Shown: one piece after another, positions 22,533 to 34,649 of the stretch
Position numbering within the stretch: the first letter of the stretch is position 1
Layout: the number at the start of each line of letters is the position of its first letter
Origin: Octopus sinensis
Taxonomy: Eukaryota
DNA length: 37,088 bases
Assembly (NCBI RefSeq): GCF_006345805.1
Contig: NW_021829876.1
Coordinates: 1 to 37,088 of the forward strand
Reading direction: 5' to 3'
Notes under the pieces: generated by a model
Seen by the model: the letters and a program-made list of their open reading frames with translations, nothing else
The model's database searches: none
What the model was told of the DNA's origin: nothing
Program-made: the position numbers and the translations under genes

Positions 22533-22764
22533 TCATCAACAAAGACCGGCAACAATGATGAAGCGAGGTTTCCTCTATGTGGTCGGTTGACCACCTAAAA
22601 CAGCAGCCAAATCTTCAAATCGCACCACACAGCATTAGCATAACGTGATCCTGGTTTGGCTTTTCACAGAAAAAAAAATGAAATGGAAAAAGTGGTGGAC
22701 ATGGTTAGAAAGTCTTTGCTTAATGGTCTTCTCAGTCGGAGCTGTGCTGGGACTAAATATTCTT

Positions 22765-23912
22765 TTCTTCTCTAGGTACAAGGCCCGAAAATTTTAGAGA
22801 GGAGGCCAGTCAATTAGATCGACCCCGATACACAACTGGTACTTAAATTATCGACCCAGAAAGGGTGAAAGGCAAATCGACCTCGGCGGAATTTGAACTC
22901 AGAACGTAAAGACAGACGAAACATTGCTAAGCATTTCGTCCAACGTGCTAACGATTCTGCCAGCTCACCGCCTTAGCACTACCAAATATTGTTTTCTATT
23001 ATTGGCACAAGGCCCGAAATTTTGGGGAAGGGGCCAGTCGATTAGATCGACTCCAGTACACAACTGGTACTTAATTTATCGAAAGAATGAAAGGCAAAGT
23101 CGACCTCGGCGGAATTTGAACTCAGAACAAAAAGACAGACGAAATACCTATTTCTTTACTACCCACAAGGGGCTAAACACAGAGAGGACAAACAAGGACA
23201 GACAAACGGATTAAGTCGATTATATCGACCCCAGTGCGTAACTGGTACTGATTTAAACGACCCTGAAAGGATGAAAGGCAAAGTCGACCTTGGCGGAATT
23301 TGAACTCAGAACGTAGCGGCAGACGAAATACCTATTCATTTACTACACACAAGGGGCTAAACACAGAGAGGAAACACAAGCACAGACAAACGGATTAAGT
23401 CGATTACATCGACCTCAGTACTCAACTGGTACTTATTTAATCGACACCGAATGGATGAAAGGCAAAGTCGACCTTGGCGGAATTTGAACTCAAAACGTAG
23501 CGGCAGACCGGCAGACGAAATACCTATTTCTTTATTGCCCACAAGGGGCTAGACACAGAGGGGACAAACAAGGACAAACACATAATTTAATAATGACAAC
23601 AGCAAGAATAACAACGACGGTTACTATAAACAATAGCATCAACCACAACAACAACAGCCACAACAACAACAAAAACAGCAACAACAATGATAACGACAAT
23701 AACGATAAGAATCCTTACTACTAGAGGCACAAGACCTGAAATTTTGAGTGTGTGTGGCGGGGACACTGGGGTCTGTTATATCGACCCTGGTGCGTAACTA
23801 GTCCTTATTTCATCGAACCCGAAAGGGATGAAAAGCAAAGTCATCATCGGTGGAAGTTGAAATCAGAACGACGTGCGAACGATTCTACCAGCTTGTCACC
23901 TTAATAATGATG

Positions 23913-23967
<55 letters not shown>

Positions 23968-23979
23968 TAATAATAATAA

Positions 23980-24010
<31 letters not shown>

Positions 24011-24241
24011 AATCGTTTCAATTAAAGGGCTGAAATTTTGAGAAGGGGTTAAGTCGATTATATCGACCCCAGTCTTTCACAGGTACTTAATTTTCGACCC
24101 TGAAATGATGAAAAGCAAGCTCGACCTCGGTGGAATTTGAACTCAGAACGACGGACGAAATGCTTCTAAGCATTTCGCTCGGCATGCTAACGAAACTGCC
24201 GTCTTAATATCAACAACAGCAACAACAACAACAACATCGAC

Positions 24242-24275
<34 letters not shown>

Positions 24276-24570
24276 TTTTCTAATTTAGGCACAAGGCCCA
24301 AAAGTTTTGGGGTTGGGGGCCAAACGATTAGATCGACCGCAGTACGCAGCGGGTACTTAATTTATAGAATCCGAAAGGATGAAAGGCAATGTTGACCTCG
24401 GCGGAATTTGATCTCAGAACAAAAAGACACCAATGCGTACCTGGTACTTAATTTATCGACCCCGAAAGGATGAAAGGCAAGGTCGGCCTCGGCGGAATTT
24501 GAACTCAGAACGTAGCGGCAGACGAAATACTGCTAAGCATTTCGTCCAACGCGCTAACGAATCTGCCGTC

Positions 24571-24625
<55 letters not shown>

Positions 24626-26602
24626 GAAAACAGTGACTCCATGCAAAACAAAGATAGTAGCCGCAATAGTAGTAACAACTATAAAAACAACAGCAACAAC
24701 AACAACCATATCAAGCAGAAAAGTATGATAGCTCTGTTGGAGACTCGATCGTTGCTCGAGAATCAAGTTCGAGTAGGACCAACGCAACGTTTGTTGAATA
24801 ATAATGTATGGCTGACCTTCTGTATACCAACATCAACATCACCACCACCACCACCACCACCACCACCTCTACCACTACTGCCACCGCCACGACAACAACA
24901 ACAACAGCAGTAGCAACATAACAAGAACAATTCCGACTCTTTGAGCGCTGAGCTTAAAACCAAACGAGGTCAAATTTACTTGTCAACTATTCTGAGTCAT
25001 TAAAAAAAAAATACTCATCTCTGGCGATGAATCCCTAGGACTGTAAGAGCCCAGGCGGGATGCCTTGTATTATTTGTTCCGGCTGTTTGCATTCTGAGTT
25101 CAAATCTCGCCCTGTACCACTTGGGTGGGTGAGTTAATATACGGTTCTGTTTAACAAACCACCAGGCACCTTCTGTAGCTTTAGTGAACTCCACTCCGCT
25201 GCAAACGTCCTGCTTGCTGTTTGAGAGGACCTTCCTCCTTCCCTCCAATCCGTCTTGGTGGATTCATAACGGGTCATGGACCCTGCATTTTACCTTGACG
25301 AAAAAATAAAGTATAAAGCGATAACAGCTAAAGAAAAAACGAACACCAATAGCAACAACATCGTTATTTACACTAACATCAGCAATGACAATCCGAGGAA
25401 TAAAGCCTGAAAATTCCGGGTGGTGAGGGGCTGGTCGATTTTACGGGACCCAAAACTTGACCGGTACTTCTTGTTATCGACCCTCAAAAGATAAATAGCA
25501 AATTTGAGATCAAAAACCGAAAGAAATGCAGTTAAGCATTTTGTCCAACGCGCCAAAAGGTTGGCAGGTCGTCGCCTTAATAGGCCTTTGTACTTTAGGC
25601 ACAAGGTTTGAAATTTTAGCTGAAGGGGGTCAAGGCGATTTCATTGACAACAATGGTCGCTGATATAAATACCCATAGGAACTTATTTTGTCGAATTCGA
25701 ATGTGTGAAAAGCAAAGTCGTCCTCGGCGGAATTTAAGCTCAGAATGTAAAGACGGACGAAATGACGTTAAGCATTTTATCCGGCGTGCTAACGATCCCG
25801 CTAGCTAGCCACCTTACACACACAGCAAAAATACTGCTTTCTAATTTTGGCACACGGCCAGCAGTTTCAAGGATTACATCGACCCCCAGAGGTAAGCAAG
25901 TACTTATTCTATCGACCCCGAAATGATGTAAAATAAAGTTGGCTTCTGTGGAATTTGAACTCAGAACGTAAAGCTGGATAGAAGAAATGCTGAAAGCATT
26001 TAGCCCGTCGTGCTAACGATTTTTTTAAACTCTAGGCAGAAGGCCCGAAATTGTGGGGGAGGGGTACAGTGGATAAGATCGAACCCAGTACGAAACTGGC
26101 ACTTAATTTATCGACCACAAAGGGATGAAAGGCAAAGTCGACCTCGGTGGAATTTGAACTCGGAACGTAAAGACAGATGAAATAGCTATTTCTTTACTAC
26201 CCACAAGGGGCTAAATACAGAGAGGACAAACAAGGACAGACAAACGGATTAAGTCGATTATATCGATCCCAGTGCGTAACTGGTAATTATTTAATCGACC
26301 CCGAAAGAATGGAAGGCAAAGTCGACCTCGGCGGAATTTGAACTCAGAACGTAGCGGCTGACGAAATACCTATTTATTTATTACTCACAAGGGGCTTAAC
26401 ATAGAGGGGACAAAGAAGGACAGACTTAGGTATTAAGTCGATTATATCGACCCCAGTGCGTAACTGGTACTTAATTTATCGACCCCAAAAGGATGAAAGA
26501 CAAAGTCGACTCGGTGGAATTTGAACTCAGAACGTAACGGCAGACGAAATAGCGCTAAGCATTTCGCCCGGCGTGCTAACGATTCTGCCAGGTCGCCGCC
26601 TT
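22765..26602 (-). mobile_element. Dense cluster of about 14 family A SINE units, almost all on the minus strand, including tandem multimers at 23000-23580 and 26030-26602
   Basis: Repeated ACAAGGCCCGAAA..ATCGACCCCAGT..CTGGTACTTAATTTATCGACCCC GAAAGGATGAAAGGCAAAGTCGACCTCGGCGGAATTTGAACTCAGAACG, interspersed with (AAT)n/(AAC)n. One short + copy near 25020-25110. Confidence 0.9.
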
Positions 26603-27749
26603 ACACACTGCGAAAAGTGCTAAAACGAAACGTCTTACAAAAAAGGAGAAAGACTAGAAGTATAAGCACTACTAGAAAAGAGAAAGAATACAAGACTAAC
26701 AAACAAACCTGTATACGGGGAGGTGAGGTGACAGAATAATAGAACATAATTTTTGATAGAAAAGGTATGGTGGGGGTCTATATGATTAACTCTTCCTACG
26801 AAAAGGGTGGGGTTGTAACGACGAGAAAAATCAAATGCACTGAGGTTGGAACGAATATTAAAATGGAAGAAGAAAAAGAACTTATAAAAGTGTTTTGGCG
26901 GTGGGAGTGAGTATTCGAGCCAGAATGTCTAGGAAAAGAGGAAAGAATATAAGAGTTACGAATTTAATTATGGAGAGGAGGAAATTATGTTAAATACGAG
27001 ACATTTTACAAATATTAATGAGAAAAGAATCCACTCATACAAATATGTATGTATCTATACATACATATTTATGTATATATACATATACTTGCAAAGGAAC
27101 ACTTTTGTGTGTATATGTGTGTGTGTGCGTGCATGCGAGTATGTATGTATATACATTATATATAAACACATATATATACATACATACACACACATATATA
27201 TAAGTTTAAAATGTATTAACAAAGCACAAAGAAAAGAATTGTATATAGCTGTAAAATTGAAAATAAATGTTTATCTCTGTCTTGTACGTATACATACATA
27301 CATACATACATGCATGCATACATATATACGTATATACATACATACATACATACACATACATACATACGTACGTACGTACGTACGTACATACATACATACA
27401 TACATACATACATACATACATACATACATACATGCATGTATACATATATTTGTATGTATATGTATATGTACATGTGTATGTATATATACATAAATATATA
27501 TATACACATACATATATATATTTATATATAAACATACATGTATACATACATAAACACAAACACATAAACACACACATAAATACACACGCACACCAACTTC
27601 ACACACATATAAGCGGTAGTTTGAAATTTAGTATTAAACACTAACAAAAGACAAAATAAATATATACATCTGTAAATTCGAAGACAAATATCTATTCCTA
27701 CTCTCTCTCTTTCTTTGCGTGTTTGTATATATATATATATATATGTATA

Positions 27750-28055
27750 AAAAAATATACATAAAAATACAAAATGGGACAAGAACGCAAAACACTCAAA
27801 GAGACGACACAAAAAACGGACGGGTCATTTGAAGCCTCTAATCTTCAGTCAAGAACCGGATCATCCTCGCAATTTCGGCTGATTAATCTTGAGATCGCTC
27901 CGATCCGGCCAGCCCCAAGGAAAAACTAAGCTACGAGCATTAGAAATCTTGGAAAAAGGATCGAATGTATACGAAACTAGGACAGAAAAACGGACGATGC
28001 CACACGAATATAAATACAAAAAACAATAATAGTAATAACAGGACAAAAACAGCGG
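27750..28055. mobile_element. Dispersed repeat family D, copy 2
   Basis: Colinear high similarity to 16275-16590. Confidence 0.75.
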
Positions 28056-28465
28056 GTGTATGTATGTATGTATGTATGTATGTATGTATGTATGTATGTA
28101 TGTATGTATGTATGTATAGTCTACTGTTCCATTAAAGGTAGGATCAGCAAAAACGTACTCCATCTCGTGAAAGATAAATATCATTTAACGCACACAGAAT
28201 TGAAGAAAGAACTGTTATATTTCCATGCAATGTATCTCGAAGCACTCTTTCAGGCTCAGTGCATACCATTAGTCCCATTCGAAAATCAGGTCGTTGCTCT
28301 ATGAGAATATGTAAGAAATTTAGTGAAAAAAAAACCCATATATCTATATATCTTTACTCAATTAGGACTCAAAATTACTAATTTATCTCAAATTTGTTTC
28401 TTAGGTGTTTCCCTAGGTTTGAACTTACGCTCTTATGAATCCTAGCTTCAACAGAATGAGACAAG

Positions 28466-28508
<43 letters not shown>

Positions 28509-28527
28509 ATATATATATCTTTATTAT

Positions 28528-28562
<35 letters not shown>

Positions 28563-28563
<1 letters not shown>

Positions 28564-28916
28564 AAAAAACAAGTCAAGAATAAAAATACTAAAATAATTT
28601 TCAAAGAAACATTTCAGTACGGGTTTCAGTCATTTGAGACCTTTTCAACTGTAACGGTTAAATAATTCAATTTAGAAAAATTAAAAGTAAAGTTTTTAAA
28701 AAGAATCTTTGTATAGTGTCAAATATAAGTGGCATTTTCCATGTTTCTGCCTTTCTGAACACTATACAAATATTCTTTTAAAAAACTTTTCTTTTAATTT
28801 TTCTAAATTGAATTATTTAATCGTTACAGTTGAAAAGGTCTCAAATGACTGAAACCGGTACTGAAATGTTTTTTATAAAATTATTTAGCATTTTCTATTT
28901 TGACTTGGTTTTTCAT
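28563..28916. repeat. Long inverted repeat (about 157-bp arms, 39-nt spacer), each arm carrying a hammerhead motif
   Basis: 28563-28719 is the reverse complement of 28759-28916 with scattered mismatches; adjacent to a PLE ORF relic. Confidence 0.88.
28827..28863 (+). ncRNA. Minimal hammerhead ribozyme, U3-A8 variant (mirror copy 28615-28651 on -)
   Basis: CAG-TTGAAAA-GGTC-TCAAAT-GACT-GAAA-CCGG-TA-CTG: stems I and II pair, stem III is the palindrome ACCGGT, cleavage triplet GUA. Confidence 0.55.
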
Positions 28917-28978
28917 ATATATCAACTCGTGTGTGTTCCTTGTCATCCTGATATATATATATATATAGATATAATATA

Positions 28979-29011
<33 letters not shown>

Positions 29012-29019
29012 AAGAGTTC

Positions 29020-29345
29020 TGTAAACATGATAGGAGAGCCAACATCAGTAATGGGTTATCTAATCTATTCTCTTCAAATGAATATTTGATAAAGCAACCC
29101 CCTACTATAACAATGCCCTAGCTAACAGCGGCTTCACAGATAAGATATATAACCTTTCAGCTAAAAATGTGAAGCCTAAAATAGACCTTGGAAAATATGG
29201 TTCACTCCGCACCTTTCCCCTTAAATGTCAAAAGCAATATAAGGAAGGAATTCCCGGCATTATTAAATAAGCATTTCCCAATAAACCACAAAAACAGGAA
29301 GATTTTTTTATTTGATAGACGCTCGATCAGTCGTCAGAGATAAAC
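29020..29345 (+). pseudogene. Penelope-like element ORF relic (RT thumb / linker towards GIY-YIG)
   Basis: Manual translation gives ISNGLSNL..FDKATPYYNNALANSGF and KIWF..PFPLNVKSNIRKEFPALLNKHFPINHKNRKIF, matching the PLE motif IWFNPPxSxNVKTNIGKxFLxLxDKHFP..HKIF. Confidence 0.8.
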
Positions 29346-29561
29346 TCAGTTGTTTACGAAGCCGAAATCACAGCAGTACTCCAAGATAAGGTAGCTGAAG
29401 AGATTATTATTTCGGTTTTTGCGCAGGAAATCGAAAGACTAAATGAATTTAGGTATTTATAAAATTTTAAATAACTACGTCTCTTATCTCTCCCTCACTT
29501 TCTCTTTTACCCCCCTCTCTCTCTATCGATATAGCTATTCATCACAATGTATATGTACATT

Positions 29562-29600
<39 letters not shown>

Positions 29601-30044
29601 TAACTGGTTGTTGGTATATGTATGTATGTGTGTGTGTGTATGAATAAATGCTTACACACATACACTCACTGGTCTAACTACCTAACTACTTGCTTGTCTG
29701 CGTGCATGTGTTTGCGTTGTGTTGGCAGTAAGAAATAGTATTCCAGAAAACGTTGATTGCCGTGAGCCATCCCGAGGCCATGAGAGAACTTGGTCCTTCT
29801 ATTATCATTTTCCTTTATTGCCTATCCGTCGCAGTTCCACTTACTCAATATCAGCAAGCGGGGAAAGCGAGTTTGGCACCAATGTGATTTGAACTCAGAG
29901 AGCAATGATCCGCAACAAATATCAACAGTATATTATCCGATGCACAACGATTGTACTAATTCACCACTCTTTGGTAAATATCATGAGCGTGCGTGCATTT
30001 CGGAGTACACACACACACACATACACACACACACACACACACAC

Positions 30045-31192
30045 TCCTTCATTTTCTGCAATGCTCTTCGATCTTATCTGGTAGACTTGCAAGGCCCCAC
30101 TTTCAAAATTCACTTGTCCATGGTGAAAAATACTCCTCCAATACTTTTCTGACCTTCCCCACAGAATTCATTTCTTTTCCGTCCCAATGATTTTGAGGAC
30201 TGCGGAATAAATGATAATCAAATGGGGCAATGTCCGGCGATATGGTTGGTGGGGTATCGTTTCGCATTGAAACTGCTCCAGCCTTTCGAATGTTACCCTT
30301 GCTGTATGTGGCTGAGCATTATCCTGATGGAAGAACACCTTTCGTCTTGAAACCAAAGATGGCCGTTCTTCTTCCAGGGCTCAAGATGTTCGCAGTAGAT
30401 CTGAATTATCGTTTGGTTTGGGTTTAAAAGTTCAAAGTGGACTTAACCTTTCATATCCCACCAAACAAATAACAACATCTTACGTGGGTGAAGACCTTCT
30501 TTAACCTGGGGTACCGGTGTTTCTCCCACTGTGTTCCGCGCTTGACATTTTTATAGAGAGCCCATTTCTCGTTACCAGTCGCTATTCGGTCCAGAAAAGG
30601 TTCATTCGTGAGACGCGACAGCAAAAACGAGCACACGTTCACTTTCAGCGCGCGATTATACTCGGAAAGTTTGTGAGGAACCCATTGACTCAATTTGCTG
30701 ACTTTTCCGATGACACACATGTCGATAAATGGTAGAATGACCAAATCAAAGCTTCTCTGCTTGCTCCTAAACAGTTACGATTGGATTTTGTCCCACCAGG
30801 TTTTGTAGGACGTCCTCGTCGAGCTCTACAGATCTTCCAGGACGTGGCCCGTCTTCTAGGCTGTAGTTTCCGACTCGGAATTTCTGGAACCACCGTTGAC
30901 GCTGGCTTACGTTTATGTCCAATCCCCATATACTGCATTAATATTCCTCACACCTTAATTGTGCTATTGTCTTTATTATAAAGCAAAACATTCCGAGTAG
31001 GCTCCTTTGACACTTCTATTATAACTTTGAGAAAATAACTGTTAAAATCGAACTGCACTCTTCAAAACTTGCACTAAGAATAAGGACAAAGTAAAATTAC
31101 CACCTGGTTTTATAGCAAGTTGATGCAGGCAGTTTATCCTGTCCATCTCCACTTTTACTTGATGCAATTGAAAAACCGCATTATTTATGGGA
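30045..31192 (-). mobile_element. Decayed mariner (DD34D) element with a frameshifted transposase and partial 5' TIR
   Basis: WVPHKLS, FLDRIATGNEKW (TGDEKW motif), FHQDNAQPH, HQPY and N-terminal YGDR..WFQKF. TIR remnant TCCCATAAATAATGCGGTTTTT at 31171-92 is cut by (GATA)n. Confidence 0.92.
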
Positions 31193-31228
31193 GATAGATA
31201 GATAGATAGATAGATGGATAGATGGATG

Positions 31229-31315
<87 letters not shown>

Positions 31316-31343
31316 GGATAGATAGATAGATTGATATATATAT

Positions 31344-31402
<59 letters not shown>

Positions 31403-31403
31403 C
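31192..31403. repeat. (GATA)n microsatellite
   Basis: Directly visible. Confidence 0.97.
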
Positions 31404-31427
31404 ATGTGTGTGCGTTTTTATAATGAA

Positions 31428-31655
31428 CTTTCTACTTTTAGCACAAGCCCAGTAAGGTTGAGAAAAATGGGCGAGTCGATGTTATCCATCTCATCATGAG
31501 AGATGTACTTAACGTACTCTATTTTATCGGTCCCGAACAATGAAAGGCAAAAATTGACCTCGTTGTCATTTGAACTCAGAACGTAAAAGGCGAGAGGAAA
31601 TACCGCAAAGCATTCTTTCCGACGCTCTAGCAACTCTGCCTGCTCGTCGCCTTAT
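31428..31655 (-). mobile_element. Family A SINE copy
   Basis: TGAAAGGCAAAA..GACCTCG..TTTGAACTCAGAACGTAAA..CTCGTCGCCTTA. Confidence 0.8.
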
Positions 31656-31791
31656 ATACATGTATACATATATGCATACATGTCTACATACATGCATACA
31701 TACATACATATATATATATATTTATGTGTATGTGTGTGGTGTGTGTTTGTGTATATACATATGTATGTATACATATCCGTACACACACCCA

Positions 31792-31853
<62 letters not shown>

Positions 31854-32362
31854 TACATAATGTAAACGGAAATTAGCGAGTGAAGAAGAAAGGAAAGGCT
31901 GTGGGAAAAGGATGAAACGATAGACAAGTCAGAAAGAAAGGAACAAAGACAAAGACGAGAAAAGTATAACATAAAATAACACGAAATAACATAAAAATAA
32001 AATAAAACTAAACAAAACAAGAGAAAATAAAGAGATAATTTTACAACTGCCTGTGTGGGTTTTCTACATTCCGATGACGTCATATTAGAGGTTCCGCTTT
32101 TTTTTTTGTTCCCTTATTTATTTTATTTGATACGTCAGCCATTTTGTCCATAAATGAATTTTGTTATTTTGCTTGTTGAATTCTTGTTTTGTTTCTCTAC
32201 TTCTTTTCCCGACATTTTCTATGTAACATTTGATGTTTGTTCTGTGTTTTTAGTTTGTTTTGGTATTCTTTTATTAACTGTTTAAGGTTGTTTTTATTGG
32301 ATGTATTATCTAAAAAAAAATTTTATTTCTTATATATTTAGTTTTATATATATGTTAAGTTT

Positions 32363-32399
<37 letters not shown>

Positions 32400-33137
32400 C
32401 TTCAACAGGATTCCTCACATTTTAAAATAGGCTGAAGGTGAATTAATTAGGAAGTTGATAATATTACAGGTTATTGGGATTTTGCTGTTCATTTATTTAT
32501 ATACATTCGTATATTTATTTCTATGTAGGTGTCGTTTAAAAATAGTATAAAATCGGAAACGGAGTTAATAAAACGGTTGTGATAGTCGCTGTTCGTACAA
32601 AGATGTGTTTTATTTAATCTGTTGAACTACAAAAGGGAGGAAACCACGAAGCACAATACACACAGATATGTACAGACACGACACGACACCTATACACCCA
32701 CACATGTACAAACAAGTGACGAGATGAGCAAACGAGGAAGTCCCTATATGGTGACCTGTTATTCTAGAAAGAACAGCTAAAAATGTCTTTAACTGTCACA
32801 TTAACGACTTCGATATGGAAGAAATCATTTGATATGACATGGGCAACATTTTTCGACAAGAAGCGAGCCGCCTGAAGCATATTTCATCAACAGGTAGGCT
32901 GCAGTACTAAAAAGGTCCAAGGTGATTTTCCGTTCGCAGGCCATCAGAAATATACACAGGCCGCTCTTTGACTGAATTTGATCATCTGATCACTTTATAA
33001 ATACGCTATTTGTATGACAAAAAATATACCACTGGATGGTCAGAATTTGAAAGTCTGTCCTCTCCAGTTTTGCGCAGGCTTGGGCTAGATGATAAGAAAA
33101 TCCTGGGAAGCCCAATTTTCAGGATTCATCTCTCGAC

Positions 33138-33392
33138 CGTGCTGATGTAGTCCAAAGAAGTGCAGAGCATTACGTTTGGCACCAGTTTGGTTGCAGGGGT
33201 TGCTGGAAGAGTGTCGAGTCGAATACTAAACAGCCTACGGGGCTCCACTCTGGATTTCTTTGAAGGTTGTCTCCTTTCTGTAACCCTGGATAGGGACCCA
33301 TACTGGGTACTGTCAGCCGGAGCCAGCTGAGCCCGGGACTCGTGTCAGGCAAGGTCGTCACTCGCTGAAGTAGTAAAGAAAATCGCTACCCA
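33138..33392 (-). mobile_element. RTE (BovB-like) 5' region relic
   Basis: GCAGAGCATTACGTTTGGCACCAGTTTGGTTGCAGG..GGCTCCACTCTGGATT resembles RTE 5'-UTR sequence as I recall it; not database-checked. Confidence 0.5.
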
Positions 33393-33403
33393 CTAACTTT
33401 GAG

Positions 33404-33464
<61 letters not shown>

Positions 33465-33677
33465 AAACCAAATTAACAACCAGATATATATACAAACCAG
33501 ATTAACGACAGTGTTTTGAGACGGAAAGATGAAAGCTATGTACATCGTTTCATTTTCTACACAATTTGAAAAAAACTTATTACATTTTGTGATATTATTT
33601 TTCAAAATCATAGCGCCAGGAATTCGGAACTAAGAACCAAGAAAACAGCTACATACATATATACACACATACATACA

Positions 33678-34319
33678 TGATGTCTGCCCCACGTTATCGA
33701 GTATGGCCATTGCATGAAGCTTAACTGTTATTGGTGCAGTGATCGAGTGTGACTTTTATTTGCTTTTTAAGGCTACAGCCAGCCATTTAGTTGAAACTCA
33801 CAACACCATCAACAATCATGTTGTTATCGTGCAATTCCTGTGCAAAAAGATTTTTTTTAAGTGAGGAAAGGCTGTGCACTGAGTCAATCCCACTCAATAA
33901 GCAACAGCAGCCATAATTCGAAAAGAAGAACAAATCAACATCATCGGTAACCACTGAGCCGCAGGCTTTATGTCGGAGTTATCCCAGTTACCTGAGTTAC
34001 CTTCTCCTAGAAGGATGCCCTAACAAAGGCTAGGAGTCCCTCACTTCCAGTGGATTAACCGCGTGATCGGGTATTCAGTCCGATTATTTCTGTGTCCCCG
34101 CGCATGATACAGCCTTAAGACATTTATTGGACGGCCGTTGACTCTCAAGTGTTCCTCCGCCCTTTGACGGGTCTTGTTTTTCATCCCGCAGGGTGTCCAA
34201 TAAACACCCTCCTCACCAAGCAAGGTTGGTGGGGTTGCCGGTTTAGTCGCCGACGACCCGACCATGCAACAGGTTGTACTGGGTTACATGCTACCAGTAG
34301 CACTCGAAAGTGACCTGAC
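33678..34319 (-). mobile_element. Non-autonomous bipartite RTE-derived element (5' UTR plus 3' end) inserted in (TACA)n
   Basis: Non-coding GC-richer block bounded by TACA repeats. Carries an RTE/Ceph-domain-like TAGCCTTTGTTAGGGCATCCTTCTAGGAGAAGG and an HDV-like fold at the 5' end. Confidence 0.55.
34238..34315 (-). ncRNA. HDV-like self-cleaving ribozyme candidate
   Basis: Minus-strand order: P1 GGTCAC, J1/2 hairpin TGCTAC/GTAGCA, P2 CCAGT, P3 ACA, L3 ACCTGT, TGC, P1' ATGGTC, GG, P4 TCG-TCGG-CGA, J4/2 CTAA, P2' ACCGG. Single mismatches in P1, P2 and P3. Confidence 0.5.
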
Positions 34320-34374
34320 ATACATACATACATACATACATACATACATACTTAGTTACTTTATTTTTATGTGA

Positions 34375-34460
34375 AAGCGCATGGCTGAGGGGTTAGAGCG
34401 TCGGCTCACAATCATGAGGTAATGAGTTCGATTCCCGAACCGAGCTGCGTGTTGTACTTT
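34375..34460 (+). mobile_element. tRNA-derived SINE head
   Basis: A box TGGCTGAGGGG and B box GAGTTCGATTCC; no acceptor-stem closure, so not a tRNA gene. Confidence 0.65.
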
Positions 34461-34649
34461 TAAGAGATGTAGGGGGCAGAGAAAATCCTTCTGCTCCCTA
34501 CCTCTTATTTTTCCTTCCACGTGACCGGTGTTCGGTCAGGCATGATCTTTCTTTCTTGACTCAACTGCCGGCCGTGAAGCATCTCTTGTATTCTTGTCTC
34601 TTGACTTTCATCTCTAATGTTCATCTCCTATGTTCCTGCTTCAAGCTTT

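Noticed and set aside
22560-22760. Unique regulatory sequence upstream of the TAG array
   Set aside because: Resembles degenerate copies at about 17310-17380 and 32730-32810, so it is an old dispersed repeat.
22765-26602. Regularly recurring conserved blocks resembling a CRISPR array
   Set aside because: Units are about 180-220 bp SINEs with A/B boxes and no unique spacers; the context is eukaryotic with no cas genes.
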